Of a stretch of 64,000 nucleotides of DNA, positions 35,201 through 47,724 are shown piece by piece. Origin of the DNA: Tubiluchus corallicola (Eukaryota; Animalia; Priapulida); contig JAQGDQ010000012.1 in assembly GCA_030141605.1 (NCBI GenBank), positions 496,001 to 560,000 on the forward strand, written 5' to 3'. The position numbers and the translations under genes were made by a program. Position 1 is the stretch's first letter, and each line of letters begins with the position of its first letter. The notes below the pieces were generated by a model that saw only the letters and a list, made by a program, of their open reading frames with translations, was not told the DNA's origin and searched no databases.

Positions 35201-35727
35201 ACTTTAAGTACGTTTCAAAACATAGGCTAAAAAGCATGAGGACGATAATGTATTTGAGAATGCCAAAATTAAGCCATGTAATGAGTGACTGAGTGAGAAA
35301 ATATTTATTAGTGACATGTGTACATCCATCATGCATTACATTTGCAATCATTTTACCGTTCAATGTACGTCAAGAATTTAGACATAAACCCACCCAGTAG
35401 TTTAGGCTTACAAGTCACTGCCTACTAAGGCAAAAGCCAAAAGGGCAACTGTAACATATATAAAGTTATTCAGGTTGGCACTTATTTTACATTCGTGCAC
35501 TTGCCTATTGGTGGTTTTAAATGCTTCCAGATTTCCAAAAGCGTCATGGTGCAACCCATAGAAAACATCACTATCGTAACTACAAAAAAAGCCAGCACGT
35601 CTGTGGTTTTCTTCAATCTATACATTAGCAATGCATCTGCATCGTCTGTTGTGCTAATATTCATCATTCCTGTGGAATTTGCACTTGTTGTTATTTCGTT
35701 GGATGAGGTTGCTGTAAATTCCTCCAT
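32295..35727 (-). CDS. SLC10A-family sodium/bile acid cotransporter-like protein, paralog B (4 exons, about 403 aa; intron 1 is GC-AG)
   Basis: Exons 35727-35505, 34303-34126, 33922-33718, 32900-32295 (1212 nt). Internal exon lengths (178 and 205 nt) are identical to paralog A. Motifs FSMGCT, GMISQF, TCPGGAVSNVFTYWMNGDVTLS and RTIAIETGTQNV. Confidence 0.94.
34862..34950. repeat. Four copies of AGTAGGAC in a short GC-richer patch (probable element fragment) in paralog B intron 1
   Basis: agtaggacac, agtaggacaa, agtaggacgc and agtaggacag read directly. Confidence 0.55.
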
Positions 35728-37989
35728 TTTGTCAAAAATTCGAAATTACGCGCCCCTACACATCAGTTCATTCAAGAATAATTAGTGAATAAGAATTTCC
35801 ACAAGTATCGAGTTTTCAGGTGCAGATATTGTTTAATACAGTAGAACACCAGCACGGACTGAACGTTTTTACACTGCTGTGTTTAACCCAGTTTTTCTTT
35901 CTTAAGCCGCAATGCAGTAACATAGCAAGCTGAGACCTTGACTAGCTAGCTAGGTAAATGTCACACTGCCTGCTTTTTGAGTGCTGCAGTCAACCAACTT
36001 AAATTTTTCTACTATAATTATGTTCTATTGGTTATTTTGCAGTCGACACCCTGTTATCTCGTTATTTTGAGCCTGTCTCAGCAAAATTAAACCCAGGTTT
36101 GTTCTTTTGTAGTCAGTTTTAACTGTGAAAATGATTATTTTGTTGTACCGATGTCAATGCTAACAAGTCGCAAGGGATGCTCTTCGGGCTGGATCACCGA
36201 TGACTGAGTCAGCCCTTACACTTGCTACGCATAAAGTTATTCAACGAGTGTCCTTCGTTTACGATCTTCACTGGGCAACAGCGATTTGCAAGTCCATCTG
36301 ACTTGACCTTAAATACACGTGTAAAAACGATGTATCGTTGCAGAACAATCGTAAACACGTTCAAAATAAGTGCCATGTATGTAGTGAATCCCCCTCTCCT
36401 TGTTTAAGATGTGTACTATCAAGGACATGATTTGAGTATGATTTCATGTGCCAGGCTTTGCCTTAAGCTTTGTTTGGACTCTCTGTCTGCCGAGTAGTAA
36501 GGCTTAAAAATTGCCATTCTTGAAGGTCACATATCTCCGATGATTTCTGTGTCTAGACTATCGGGCTTTCGCGATGGAAAATAAAACTGCGCAACATAAG
36601 TGCAAAAAATCGGGCTTCTGATTGGGCATATCTCATCGGGGAAGCGTGCCACTTTATGTAAATTCCGTTTAGACTATTGGACATACCTGATGAGCTTCCC
36701 TGATAGTCTAAGTACCCACAAATGACAGCTTTTCGTGATGTAGATAAAATTCAGCTTGTATAAATTTTGAGTGCATCACCACTTTTTATGGTGAGACTTA
36801 CCCAGATTCTAGAATTGCAGAACTTTGTTTTCCATTTGGGGAAGACAAAGATAGTTAGTCTAAGCATACTATAGGGTGTCGCTCACTTTTATGATAAGTC
36901 ATCGGTATACCTATTTTAATAATTACTTTACGCTTAATCCGCTTGCTGCGAATAATTTGCTTATGAGAAGCCTGGAAAATATAAAATACCTGTAATTACC
37001 GAAGTAATAGAGACGCTACCAATGCGACAGTTTTACCGAAGTTCTTTATTCAAGAACTTCATGAAGGTGTTGCAGCCAACAAATTTCGAGTTTGGTGATC
37101 GGTATTCTCATGTGGGGGAATGCATATTTGTCTATGCAAATGATGAAAACGTTTTGTTCCACGGACTAAATGGGCTACATGTGATTGCGTTTCTCATGGG
37201 CAAGGGTAGTGGAACGCGTAAATTTTCTCCAGAAACGCGAAATGTATTCTATTAATAGCATATTTATTATTAGTATCTAAAATATAATATAGTCTTAATA
37301 TAAGTTTCTAATAATTTATTACAAAATTATGCACAAGTAAATCTTGTTAGCTGTTGCTACTATGTGCTGATTGCATGATTTTTCAAAAATTTTAATGAGA
37401 AAACGGATGTAATTTAAGTATTTAATTATTCAAGTCCGTAATTTTAGAATCAAATTAGAAAACCTCGTTCGAATCGAATTTGAACATTCAATGCTCAGCC
37501 ATAATCACAAACCACGTATGCTTGCTTCTCATCCATAGGCGTAGGTTTGGTTCCTGGTCAAGCGATGCCAAAATCTTAAAAATGATATTGCTAGTTCTGC
37601 GACCAACTATTCGTAGTGGTGTATCTCCAGGCATCAGTCGCGAAAAAGGCTTAATATTATTAATTGCTGTAATCAATATGGCACGAGAATTGACTTTGCT
37701 TTTAGTGCTTTAAAATCAAGGTAAAATTTGTCCTCTTAATCAGCAGCGTTCAAAATGCCATGCGTTTACAATTACAATTTAAACATAATTTTTATAATTT
37801 TATTGACTTTCAGGAAAGCCCGCGCTGTGAAGTGCACTTACCCGGTCGGGAGAAGTTTTTCTTTTTTCTTCTGTTGCTTTAAATAGCTATTGTAAATATT
37901 GAGCCTCTATCCACTATTTCCTCTCTGCAGCTAAAATTTTCAACTCCTATGATGCTATTGTTAAGCTTGGTCTCAGCTGTTGTAAATAT

Positions 37990-38700
37990 TTATTAATCCT
38001 TGTCATCCAATAAGTTTTTGGTTTGCCTGGAAGTCGTTATAAGCAGGTTTCAGTGCCTCGTTTAATGGATATCTTACTAGTATTGTTTCTTGCAATTTCA
38101 TTAAATGTCCTGCCCATCTCAATCTTGTGATTCTAATTTTAGGGCTCTGATGTTCTTCTTTGGTTCTGTTATACAGCTGCTCATTTGAAATGATATAATT
38201 ATGGCCATCTTATTTTTAAGATTTTTCTTAGTGTACCTCTGTGAAACGCATCTATTTCTCCTCCTGTGTTGCAATCATGCCCCACATTTCACTATTGTTC
38301 ATGAAGATGCTATAGTTACATAATGCTGTCGCGAACGCGAGGCAGGTAACACCAAGAAAGGTTTTGATTGGCCATGAGCATTTGGCAAGTAGAAAATTTT
38401 TTCTTCTAATTTACAGACGAGATGATGGAGTGTGTTCGTGTTTTCTGTCTTTGCTGTATTTTTGTCAATTAGATGTTATAATAAACAGTTGTTGCCTTTT
38501 TAAATCATCTATTGAGAAGGAAATTATGTCCGTGTTCGTTATTTCACTCTTATGGATTGTTGAAATCGGATTGTTTACGATATATGCATTGAAGACTCGC
38601 AGCCTTGTTTTGGGGGATAGCTTTTTGATGGTTAGATCGATTTATTTTGGATAAAACTACACATTGCCCAATTTTCATGTCATTTTCTCTACTAATAAGT
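37990..38700 (-). mobile_element. Degenerate RTE-like LINE fragments
   Basis: The minus strand gives RLRWAGHLMKL near 38130 and KTRLRVFNAYIV near 38600, with many stops and frameshifts. Confidence 0.6.
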
Positions 38701-39849
38701 GGTCCTATGTGTCTGCAATGTTTCCAGGATTGGACTCCATCCCGTGATATGTATGTTATATTCTTCTGTTACCATGTTGTTCACTTTGAGATTTCTTTTT
38801 TCTAGTAATTTTGAACATCCTTTTTTAACAGTATCTGTGCAGAATTTTGAAATGCTAATCCATTCACTATTGTTTGCATATTGTTGGTTTATTAGGAATG
38901 GTTTATAGGAATCTGGTGCAGGATAATAGTGTGATCACCACATAGAAAGGGGGATTTTCTATGGAGGTGGCTTCGTAGTCATGATCTGCAGATGAAACAT
39001 CTTCATTCTGGAGTGCATTGGCTAGGTACAACGGGAAAAGTACTTGACTGGACAGTCACCTGGAGGAATTCTGATGTTAGTTTTCGAAGTTCTTCCTACA
39101 GTGTTGCCTGGTTTTACATGAAGCCTGCATGACATCTTTAAGTAGAATTGTTATCCTGTTGATCTGGTTTTAAAATAGATTTTAAATCATCAAATAGTAT
39201 TCCTCTATCAACAAGAACAAATGCCTTGCTCATATCAGGCAAGCAGTAATACTAACAGAGTAACTGACAGTTATAGCTTTTTTGGTTAAGCAGACATGAT
39301 TAATTCTGTATTGTTCGTTTCTTCACTATATGCGATTTGGGTAACTAGTATACTGTTGGTCAGTCTGTCGTGTATGCGTCTGACCATACAAATTGCCAAA
39401 ATTTTCCGTAGTAGACTTATAGAATAGTTATTTTCCTCAATAGTGTTCCGGTCGGGGGAAGTAATCATGAAAATTCAGTAAACGCAAAGTCATATCTCAC
39501 CTGCGGCCTAAAAGGTATCCCATATTGTTGGTTTGGTCCACCTTCAGAAATGGTGCTGACAAGCCACTAGCGTAGCACTGGCTAGTTTTTTTGCTGGATT
39601 ACTGATGCGTTTACGTGTCTGAAGGCAGATTTCTTTTATTTAGTACCCCACGGGTCATTTGCGGCTTGGCCTCTTGTGCACATAATAATAAATACTTTTA
39701 TGTACAATGCTGTAATGATCATTGTGGATATATTTAATAAATAAAAAAAATATTTGTTGTCAGTATTTTAGAATTCTGCCTGCCCAATGTCTACAATAGA
39801 CGTGACGGGCGTATGATGATGATGAATTGAAATTAGGATCTATGTATTT

Positions 39850-41530
39850 TTCTGGATTGCTTTTCCAGTGTCTATCGAGACGAATCTTAAACTGGACAGG
39901 ATTGGAGGCTTGAACTACAGTGGCAGGCAGCATGTTCCATTCATTGATTACTCGACTTGCAAATGTAAACCTTCTTCTACTCCTCCTTTGTGGAGCTGTT
40001 CTTTTCTTTATTTTGTAGGAGTGACCTCTGGTACCATGATATGTCTGTCGATATTTCGCTGTTGATGGTTTCTGTACTTTTAAGGATACGAAATGTTTGA
40101 ATCAAGTCTTGCATTTTGCATCTATACTTCAGAGTTGTAAGGTCCAGACTTTTTGGTCGTGCAGCATATGGTAAATGAGAAACAACAGGTACGATTCTAG
40201 TAGCTCGACATTGTATACTTTCAATTTTCCTTATCATGTCTTGACGACTTGGGCTCCATATCACAACACCATAATCTAATGTAGGGTGAACCATCGACTT
40301 CTGTAGCTTGGTCATCATAGATCCATCAAGATAAGAAAAGCTACGAATTAATGGAAGGCTGATTAAGGTCAGTCTTCCACGTGCTTTATTAAAAACATTA
40401 TTAATATGTGTTTGAAATTTAAGCATACCATCGATGGTGATACCCAGATCTTTTTCTTCTGTGATGCTTATAATTTCTCTAGAATTCTGTCCATGTGTCA
40501 TTTTGTATGTGTGACCTGCAATATAATGCCTTCCAATAGTCAGGATCTTACACTTTTCAGTGTTAAATTCCATTTGCGATTGGCATACACCATTGGTCAG
40601 CATTGTTAATATTATTCTGCATGAGCTCAAAATCAATCAAGCTTTTCCATATATTTTAGTGTCGTCTGCAAACAGGCTATTACCGCAGTTGAAAACTTCA
40701 GGAAGGTCATATATGTAAATAGTAAATAAAATACTTCGGTCCAAGCATACTTTCTTAGGGTGTACCACTGGTCACATTTGCCCATTCTGATTCATACCCA
40801 TTGACTACTACACATTGCTTTCTCCTACAGAGAAAACTATTAATCCATGTTAGCAGGTGACCACAAATTCCGTATGTCTCAAGTTTTTGCAGCAGTCTCG
40901 CATGGGGAACTCAATCAAACTCTTAAAAAAATTGTAATAGATAACATCAACTTCAATGTTGTTATCAAGTAAATCCACCCATTCTTCAAGTGAAACTAAT
41001 AGGTTTGTAATACAAGATCTACCAGTTCTGAAGCCATGTTGGCTGTCACTAATAAGGTTATGTTCAGTATTGAAGTTGTAGATTTTATCCCTTAGTATTC
41101 CTTATAGCAGTTTACAAACAACTGTTGTCATACTGATAGGTCTGTAATTTTTTGCTAAGTCTCTTTCACTTTTCTTGTGGATAGCAGAAACAGTGGCAAT
41201 TTTCCAGCTCGGTGGTAATATACCACAGGCCAAACTTTGGTTCATTATTTGTAGCATGGGACTGATAAGGATATCTTCATTATTCTTAATTATGCTTGCA
41301 TGGATTCCATCAAGGCCCATAGATTTATTAGCCTTCATTATTTAACTTGTGTACTAAGCTCTAATTTAGTGATGGTACATACATCAAGTTTATGCTCAGT
41401 TACTGGTAGTAATTGAAGAGTTTGACTTGTATCTTCATTTGTGTAAATAGATGTGAAAAAAAATCTATAGTTCATTAGCCTTATTTTGATCAGTAGTGGC
41501 AATACTACCATCTTCTCTTCTTAAAGGTCT
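39850..41530 (-). mobile_element. CR1-clade LINE remnant (reverse transcriptase and C-terminus), 5'-truncated and pseudogenised
   Basis: GLDGIHA...WKIATVSAIHKKSERDLAKNYRPISMTTVVCKLL; QHGFRTGRSCITNL; catalytic SLFADDTKIY near 40660; FNTEKCKIL; EEKDLGITID; RVINEWNMLP...FKIRLDRHW. Stops and frameshifts present. Confidence 0.9.
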
Positions 41531-42314
41531 CACTCCTTCTTTTTCCATTAAGTATATGTATAACAAATATATATAACAAAAACAATTGGTAACGCATAAT
41601 TATTTTAATATAAATCTGCACAATATGACTATCGTGTCGATGCATCAAACTTTATATACACAACCTGTGTTGTACTTTATGTGATGGTAGTCGGGTTTTT
41701 TCACAGGTTTAACATAATTTTAAGTGAAAATACAATTTGTGTCAATGTGGGTCTCCACGTATGTCAATATTATCGGGGCTCTTTAGTTTATGGGTATAGT
41801 ACAATAGTTGCTGCTTACAAAAAACCATCACGGCTCCAGCAATAATTGGTCTCAATAAACAGCATCTTTGTTATATAGCAGTCTTTTGCACCATTGCAAG
41901 GTCAAAAATATTGGGCAAAATACAGTACGTAAGTTTTACTCTTCACCCTGATTAATACAATTGGCATATGTGCCACACACATGTGCATGCTATTCACTTA
42001 CATCACCTTTATTTTTAATTATGTTCTGTAAAAATGTATTTATTAATTTTTCTGTCAATTTTACCTACATGTACTCATTTATTATTATTACTGTTCGTTT
42101 TTATAGCCAAGGCAAACTTTTACGAGATACCCCTAAAGCCTTAACTGCTTCCCACTAGCTGCAAGGTTGCAACCTTTAAATTTATCTAATAACTCAGATT
42201 TTTCCTGTGCATCTAAGTCCATGCACTTCAGTTTGCCTGACATAATTTGACGTATTACATACAAAAATTTCCATTTTTTTCATTTTTTTTTCAATTTCAA
42301 TTTATTTATTTCAC

Positions 42315-42637
42315 GTGGATAGTATATCATAGTAACATACATTTTACATACATATATGTACATCATTGCATAATTTTAGTTCAAGTTAACAGGTATGATG
42401 ATAACAGTTTATATCTACGTTTCATGATTTTACTACTGCAGCAATTCAAGAAGCTCAATATGAGCTTTTGCTTACTGTGGATAGTATATCATAGTAACAT
42501 ACATTTTACATACATATATGTACATCATTGCATAATTTTAGTTCAAGTTAACAGGTATGATGATAACAGTTTGTATCTACGTTTCATGATTTTACTACTG
42601 CAGCAATTCAAGAAGCTCAATATGAGCTTTTGCTTAC
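42315..42637. repeat. Near-perfect 162-bp tandem duplication (2 copies)
   Basis: Copy 1 at 42315-42476 and copy 2 at 42477-42637. One visible internal substitution (agtttatatc vs agtttgtatc). Confidence 0.92.
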
Positions 42638-44109
42638 AGGTTCATGCAGATAATTAAATATGGAGCCTTCACATGTACAACAGTGATTTAACTTCATTCA
42701 TCAGACTAGGTTAATGTGTAGTTGCTGTACGCACAGCTGAGTGCAAAGAGGCAGACCAACTGTGTATCATACAGATAGATATTTTTATTACATTTTATTT
42801 TTTTATTTTGTTATTGTTTTTGTTACATGTTACTCAAAATATTATGTTATTAAACGGCGTACTGATTTTATTAACTGAATTTTCTTAACAATTCTTTCTA
42901 TAAGGATAATTTTGGGCCGTGCCTAAATTGTTCCTAAAAATGGTTGATTTTATTAAGCAGCAATTACTGTACAAGTGTAATAGGGAAAAAGCGACAAGAG
43001 GCTGACTGGGGAAAGGTTTTAGGTCGACCACACTGATCTCAACTCTTTTATTCTCAAAACCTACCTTATAAATTCACTCACTGTGGAAAATCTTGGAGAC
43101 AAATTTGTTTAAATTGATTAAATCTAGTTTCTGTGTGATAAGTTTTTCTTTAGTCTGTTTAATTAATTCAGTGTAAGAATGAATGCATGTATGTATTGAC
43201 AAGAAAAGGAACTACTCGTGATGTGCTCAAAAATTTTGAAGTTTGTAGTTATTTACTGTGCCAAATTGTAAAATTATTTGCGAAATTGTGAAAATGTTTG
43301 CGAATTTTGCAAGAATGCCTTGATGCATAAATTTTCGGGCACATAAATTATACTAGCAATAATGGCGTAGGTTTCTTGTATATGCTGTTAAATACAAACA
43401 ATATTATTAACAAGGTACATTACGTGGTAATGTCCACTGAACAGCAACTCATACCAATGATTATGAAAATTGAAGCCATAAATTTCTGTCACAATTTAAC
43501 CTGCTTGTAGGGTGTGTCACAAAAATATCTCTTCGCAAACAAAGGTTTGGAGCTAAATTCAAAAAATATAGTTTGCAACTTTTTTCCAGTTTACACTACA
43601 TTGTAAAAATTATTTTAGGTTCTTTCAGTCCATGAATTTGTATTATAGATATCTGTGTAGGTCTGTTAATTTTAAACACTTTGATATCTTGGTTGAGGTC
43701 AGCCTTTCTGGGTCACACTAGATCAATTTGATCTAAAAGCTCTACTGGGCTTGTGTCACCAGTTCGAATTTTTCTGGTGGCCTTATGTCGATCGCTTTGG
43801 GCAGCAAGGTTTGCTAAAACAATGGATTATCGTAAACTGTCAAAAAAGACCAGTGTTCCGCTATGTTTGCAACCTGTTTCAAGAGAATTCTTGATTTTAA
43901 AAAATTTAAGGCTTTTGTTTTTTTTTCGTAGTGCTCTACTTGGGTATATCTTTTTCTTTGAATGGAAGTGCATCAAACAAGATATTTTCTGACATAGTTT
44001 CAACGTATCAAGTTCAGTGTGAGAGTGTAGATATTGTGCTACAGTGCTACCCACCTGGACGGAGTCATTATCTTGTATCATTTAATTTGATAAATACTGA
44101 AATAGCAAG

Positions 44110-44709
44110 ATGCTGCTAATACTTGAAGAAGAACACAAAAAACATTTAACATTTCTTGACAATCTGGAGTTAGAAACATTACGGGAGTTTTTGCGTATAT
44201 CTATAGAGTTTATTGAGAAAGGAGCAAATGCACGCATGTATCAGGCAGCATCAAATAAACTAGGTGTTGATGCAGAGACTATTCAACATGGTGTTGAAGG
44301 ACTAATGCATCTTTTCATTGAAAGTTGTCGACAGAATATCAGTGAACTGGATTTTCAGGATTCCATGCAAATGCTTGGTTTTAATGAGGTCACTTGCAGT
44401 GAGCTTCTACGTGCATATCTAGAAAATTGCAAAGTAGTTCGAAGCTTAATCGCTGACACTCGATTCAGTTTGCCACATTACCAAGATCTTCAGTGGCGGC
44501 TGGATGTGCAAGTATCGTCTCGCTCATTACGACGGCAGGCTAAGCCAGTTATTTTAATGAAGCTTCATACTGAAGCTCGTGGAAAAAAGGAAGTGAAACT
44601 GTTAGAAACTGACCCCGTTAATCTGATTCACATGACACAAAATCTAGAGGCTGCCTTAGATGAGCTGAAATCTGGACATTGTAGGCGAATAATGCGGAAT
44701 ATTAAGTGA
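44110..44709 (+). CDS. COMMD2: COMM domain-containing protein 2 (Commander/CCC complex), single coding exon, 199 aa
   Basis: Colinear with recalled human COMMD2: MLLxLxEEHK.HL.FL, QHGVEGL, ISELDFQDS, COMM domain LPHYQDLQWRLDVQVSSRSLRRQ, TDPVNL and C-terminal HCRRIMRNIK. AATAAA at 44938-44943. Confidence 0.96.
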   Translation: MLLILEEEHKKHLTFLDNLELETLREFLRISIEFIEKGANARMYQAASNKLGVDAETIQHGVEGLMHLFIESCRQNISELDFQDSMQMLGFNEVTCSELLRAYLENCKVVRSLIADTRFSLPHYQDLQWRLDVQVSSRSLRRQAKPVILMKLHTEARGKKEVKLLETDPVNLIHMTQNLEAALDELKSGHCRRIMRNIK

Positions 44710-47700
44710 CGTCGTCTAAGCTCTTGATAAACACTTAATTTTTTAAGATAGTAATTGAACATTAGAAAAAATTTTAAAAGGAACTCAAGTGTCCTATAAT
44801 TAAGAAACTGTATGATGTTCACGTTGTTCGCTTTCCAAAACTTTATTTAGACTCAACGTATTTTATTGATTATGATAAAAATAACAATTAGCAACTTAAT
44901 TATACGTAATCTTAATTCCACGGTTAATTAGTGACAGAATAAACAAACTTAAATGTTTTTATGAAATGTTATGCCGTGTAATTGTTTATTAAACATAGCT
45001 GGAGTAAGAAAGCATAAAAGCTGAACTAAGTCTGAATTTGAACTAGCGATCTTTAAATATTTGTAACAGTCCTTCGTGATTAGGTCAGTACTAATTTATT
45101 TCTAGTAAATTTTCATTTTTACCAGTTTTATGTAATTACCAGAGTAATTACTACCTGATCTCGTTAATTTTTTATTTAATGTTGTTATCTTTGAACAGCT
45201 TGTCAGTAAATAATTCCATGATTAATTGAAATTGCTTATTGATGGAATGAATAATAATTAGCGACAATTATTCAGTGATTGACCCACAGTTATTCTATGC
45301 TCCAAATTCATTAAAATTAAAAAATAAGCTAATCAGTTCCCTAGTGTGAGTACTGTAACCAATCATTATTGACAGCACTTTCTAGATTCTTAAGGGAGAG
45401 ACTGGCTCAAGACTTTCGCTTTGGTTCGCAAACTGAGACTGATACAGCTACTACTTTCTAATATAGATAATACATTTGATATAAATAAGATCTGTCACAA
45501 AACACAAAAACTTTTGCAGTTACGCAAAGAACCATTCAGTGTCTTCTATGCGATCCATTGTAATTTGCTGTTGTGTCAGAATATTTTTTGTGAAAATTTA
45601 ATGTATTAGCAATGCATGACCAATGCAGTGTATAAATTGTTTATAGTAATTATAAATTAAAATCTAATGATCAGGTTCATGTAGTAAGATATGTTGCATG
45701 TTTTATAAACACTTATCTCGTTTCTTCCAAAAGATACGACTAAACATGTGGCAAATTGGTCGAAATATTGACACTTCCTCCTTGAAAACTCGTCAAATTT
45801 CTTTTGTCCAGTTTATAAATAATTATTCACAGCTTTGCTTAACCTGTTTCTGCAGGAGATCAACCGTGTATGTAGACATTTAAAGCAAGGAAACTAACAC
45901 GAACTATGATGTCAAAAAAGTAATATTGAAACTTTATCAAAGTCATTTTGTACAAATGGTAGAGAAATCCTTTAAAGATTTTTACACCAAATTATTCTCA
46001 CAGTATTGGTGCATATATAAAAGAAGGTATTCATTTAATACAGATTTTTACTATTCTACAGTAGATCACAATAACAGTTTCTTAAACAAATTTCGTTTCA
46101 TTGACCTGTATACAAACATAAATAAAAAAATATTTCTACACTAAAATGGCTGTGTAAATTAAAATTTTGAAAATCGGACGTGAACTTAGCTAACTATATG
46201 TGACAGATTACTTATCTAACACAAACAGGCCTACATCCTCTGTTGAACAACCTGTACTAGCATGATAAAATTTTAGCCATGAATCTTCAGTTTTAAGAGC
46301 GCTATTATTGCTCATAATTCTAGACCTTCTTAAATAATTACAGTCATGCTCATTTATATACAAAACACAAAATTATGTACATAATAAATTATGGCTAGCT
46401 ACCTTGGATTTCACACAAATTTCAAAGCATTATGTTTTACAATAAAGGCATAGTTTCAGTTGTTCCTCTCACAACCTCCAAGTTGGTCTATCAAAAAAAA
46501 TGTCAACACGAGTCTCACAACATCAATTTGCACCTACAATGATCTTGTAATATTTATTGCGCATAAGTATAAAAGGCCACTAACACGTCTTTGAAACAAT
46601 GTGTGCTTGTAAAACCAAAACCGTCCACAAGTCTGCATAGTTAAAACTGTATAATTTTTTTGTTTCTTACAAAAACAAGCACTAAATACATTGGACATTT
46701 TTTGTTCTGGTACCAAAATACCAGCAATTGTTTAGAAAATACCAAGAATTTAATTTTACTACTTCTTACCAACTTCTCTGCTTCAAAAACTAGTAAGGCA
46801 TTTGTCAAATTTGTCAAACTCCGATAGTAGCTCGTGGAAACTGTCATTTTGCTTGCGGTTTTATATGTTGCCAAACCCAGATTGATGTTTGGAAGAGCCA
46901 TGTACAGGACTTGAACGTAACTTCAATTCACTCTTGCAAAGTCTATGACAACCGTCAGTTTACAGTTGTAGAAGCGTGACAAAAATAATTGCAAACTGTA
47001 ACAGCCATTTTCTCAAGATTATGTTTTCCGTGTGCTACCTTGCACCATCGTGGATTATCTCAGTTTAGAAATAACATAGAGTAATGAACTTGGTGTCAAA
47101 ATGATCCTCATGAAATAGAGACTCAGGATATGTGAATAACTAAAAAAGCTTATATGCCAACTTCCGGACGTTTTTGTTGTACAAGGACACAATTATTATT
47201 ATGGAGGCACACAAAATGTAACACAAGGAGAGCACAACAATAAATGTCAAAAGCACCTGGAGAAGAAATGAAATGTATTTACAAGTTGTGTAATAAACGC
47301 AACAGTATTTACAATAAAACCATTAAAATACATTTACTGCATATATTACAATTGATTTCTCTCAAAATGTTCACTATTAAATAGTACACTATTCACAGAA
47401 ATCAAGCTCGCATTTAGAAAAGACTGAATGACTAGGACAACGAGCTAAATGTTCACATTCGGACACTGCTGTCAATGCGACTATACACAAGATTAGTTTT
47501 ATTGAATACACCAGCATGTGCTGTACCCATTCCACAATGCACTGTAGCAGCCTCATGCAAAACTATAAATCACGGATCTTGTGCACATATGCTAATAGGC
47601 CCATTCACATAAAGTTACCACAAACTTGGATCAAAATAGTAATGACTTATTTGGCTTACAAACCATGAAATACATGCAAAAAATCACTTTACATTGAAAT

Positions 47701-47724
47701 ACTGATTAGACATGTCACAACGTG

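Noticed and set aside
39977-40636. 219-aa ORF as a host gene
   Set aside because: It is the C-terminal part of a broken CR1 reverse transcriptase.
42247-42657. 136-aa ORF with a 54-aa internal repeat
   Set aside because: A consequence of the 162-bp duplication in AT-rich sequence; non-ATG start and no family motif.
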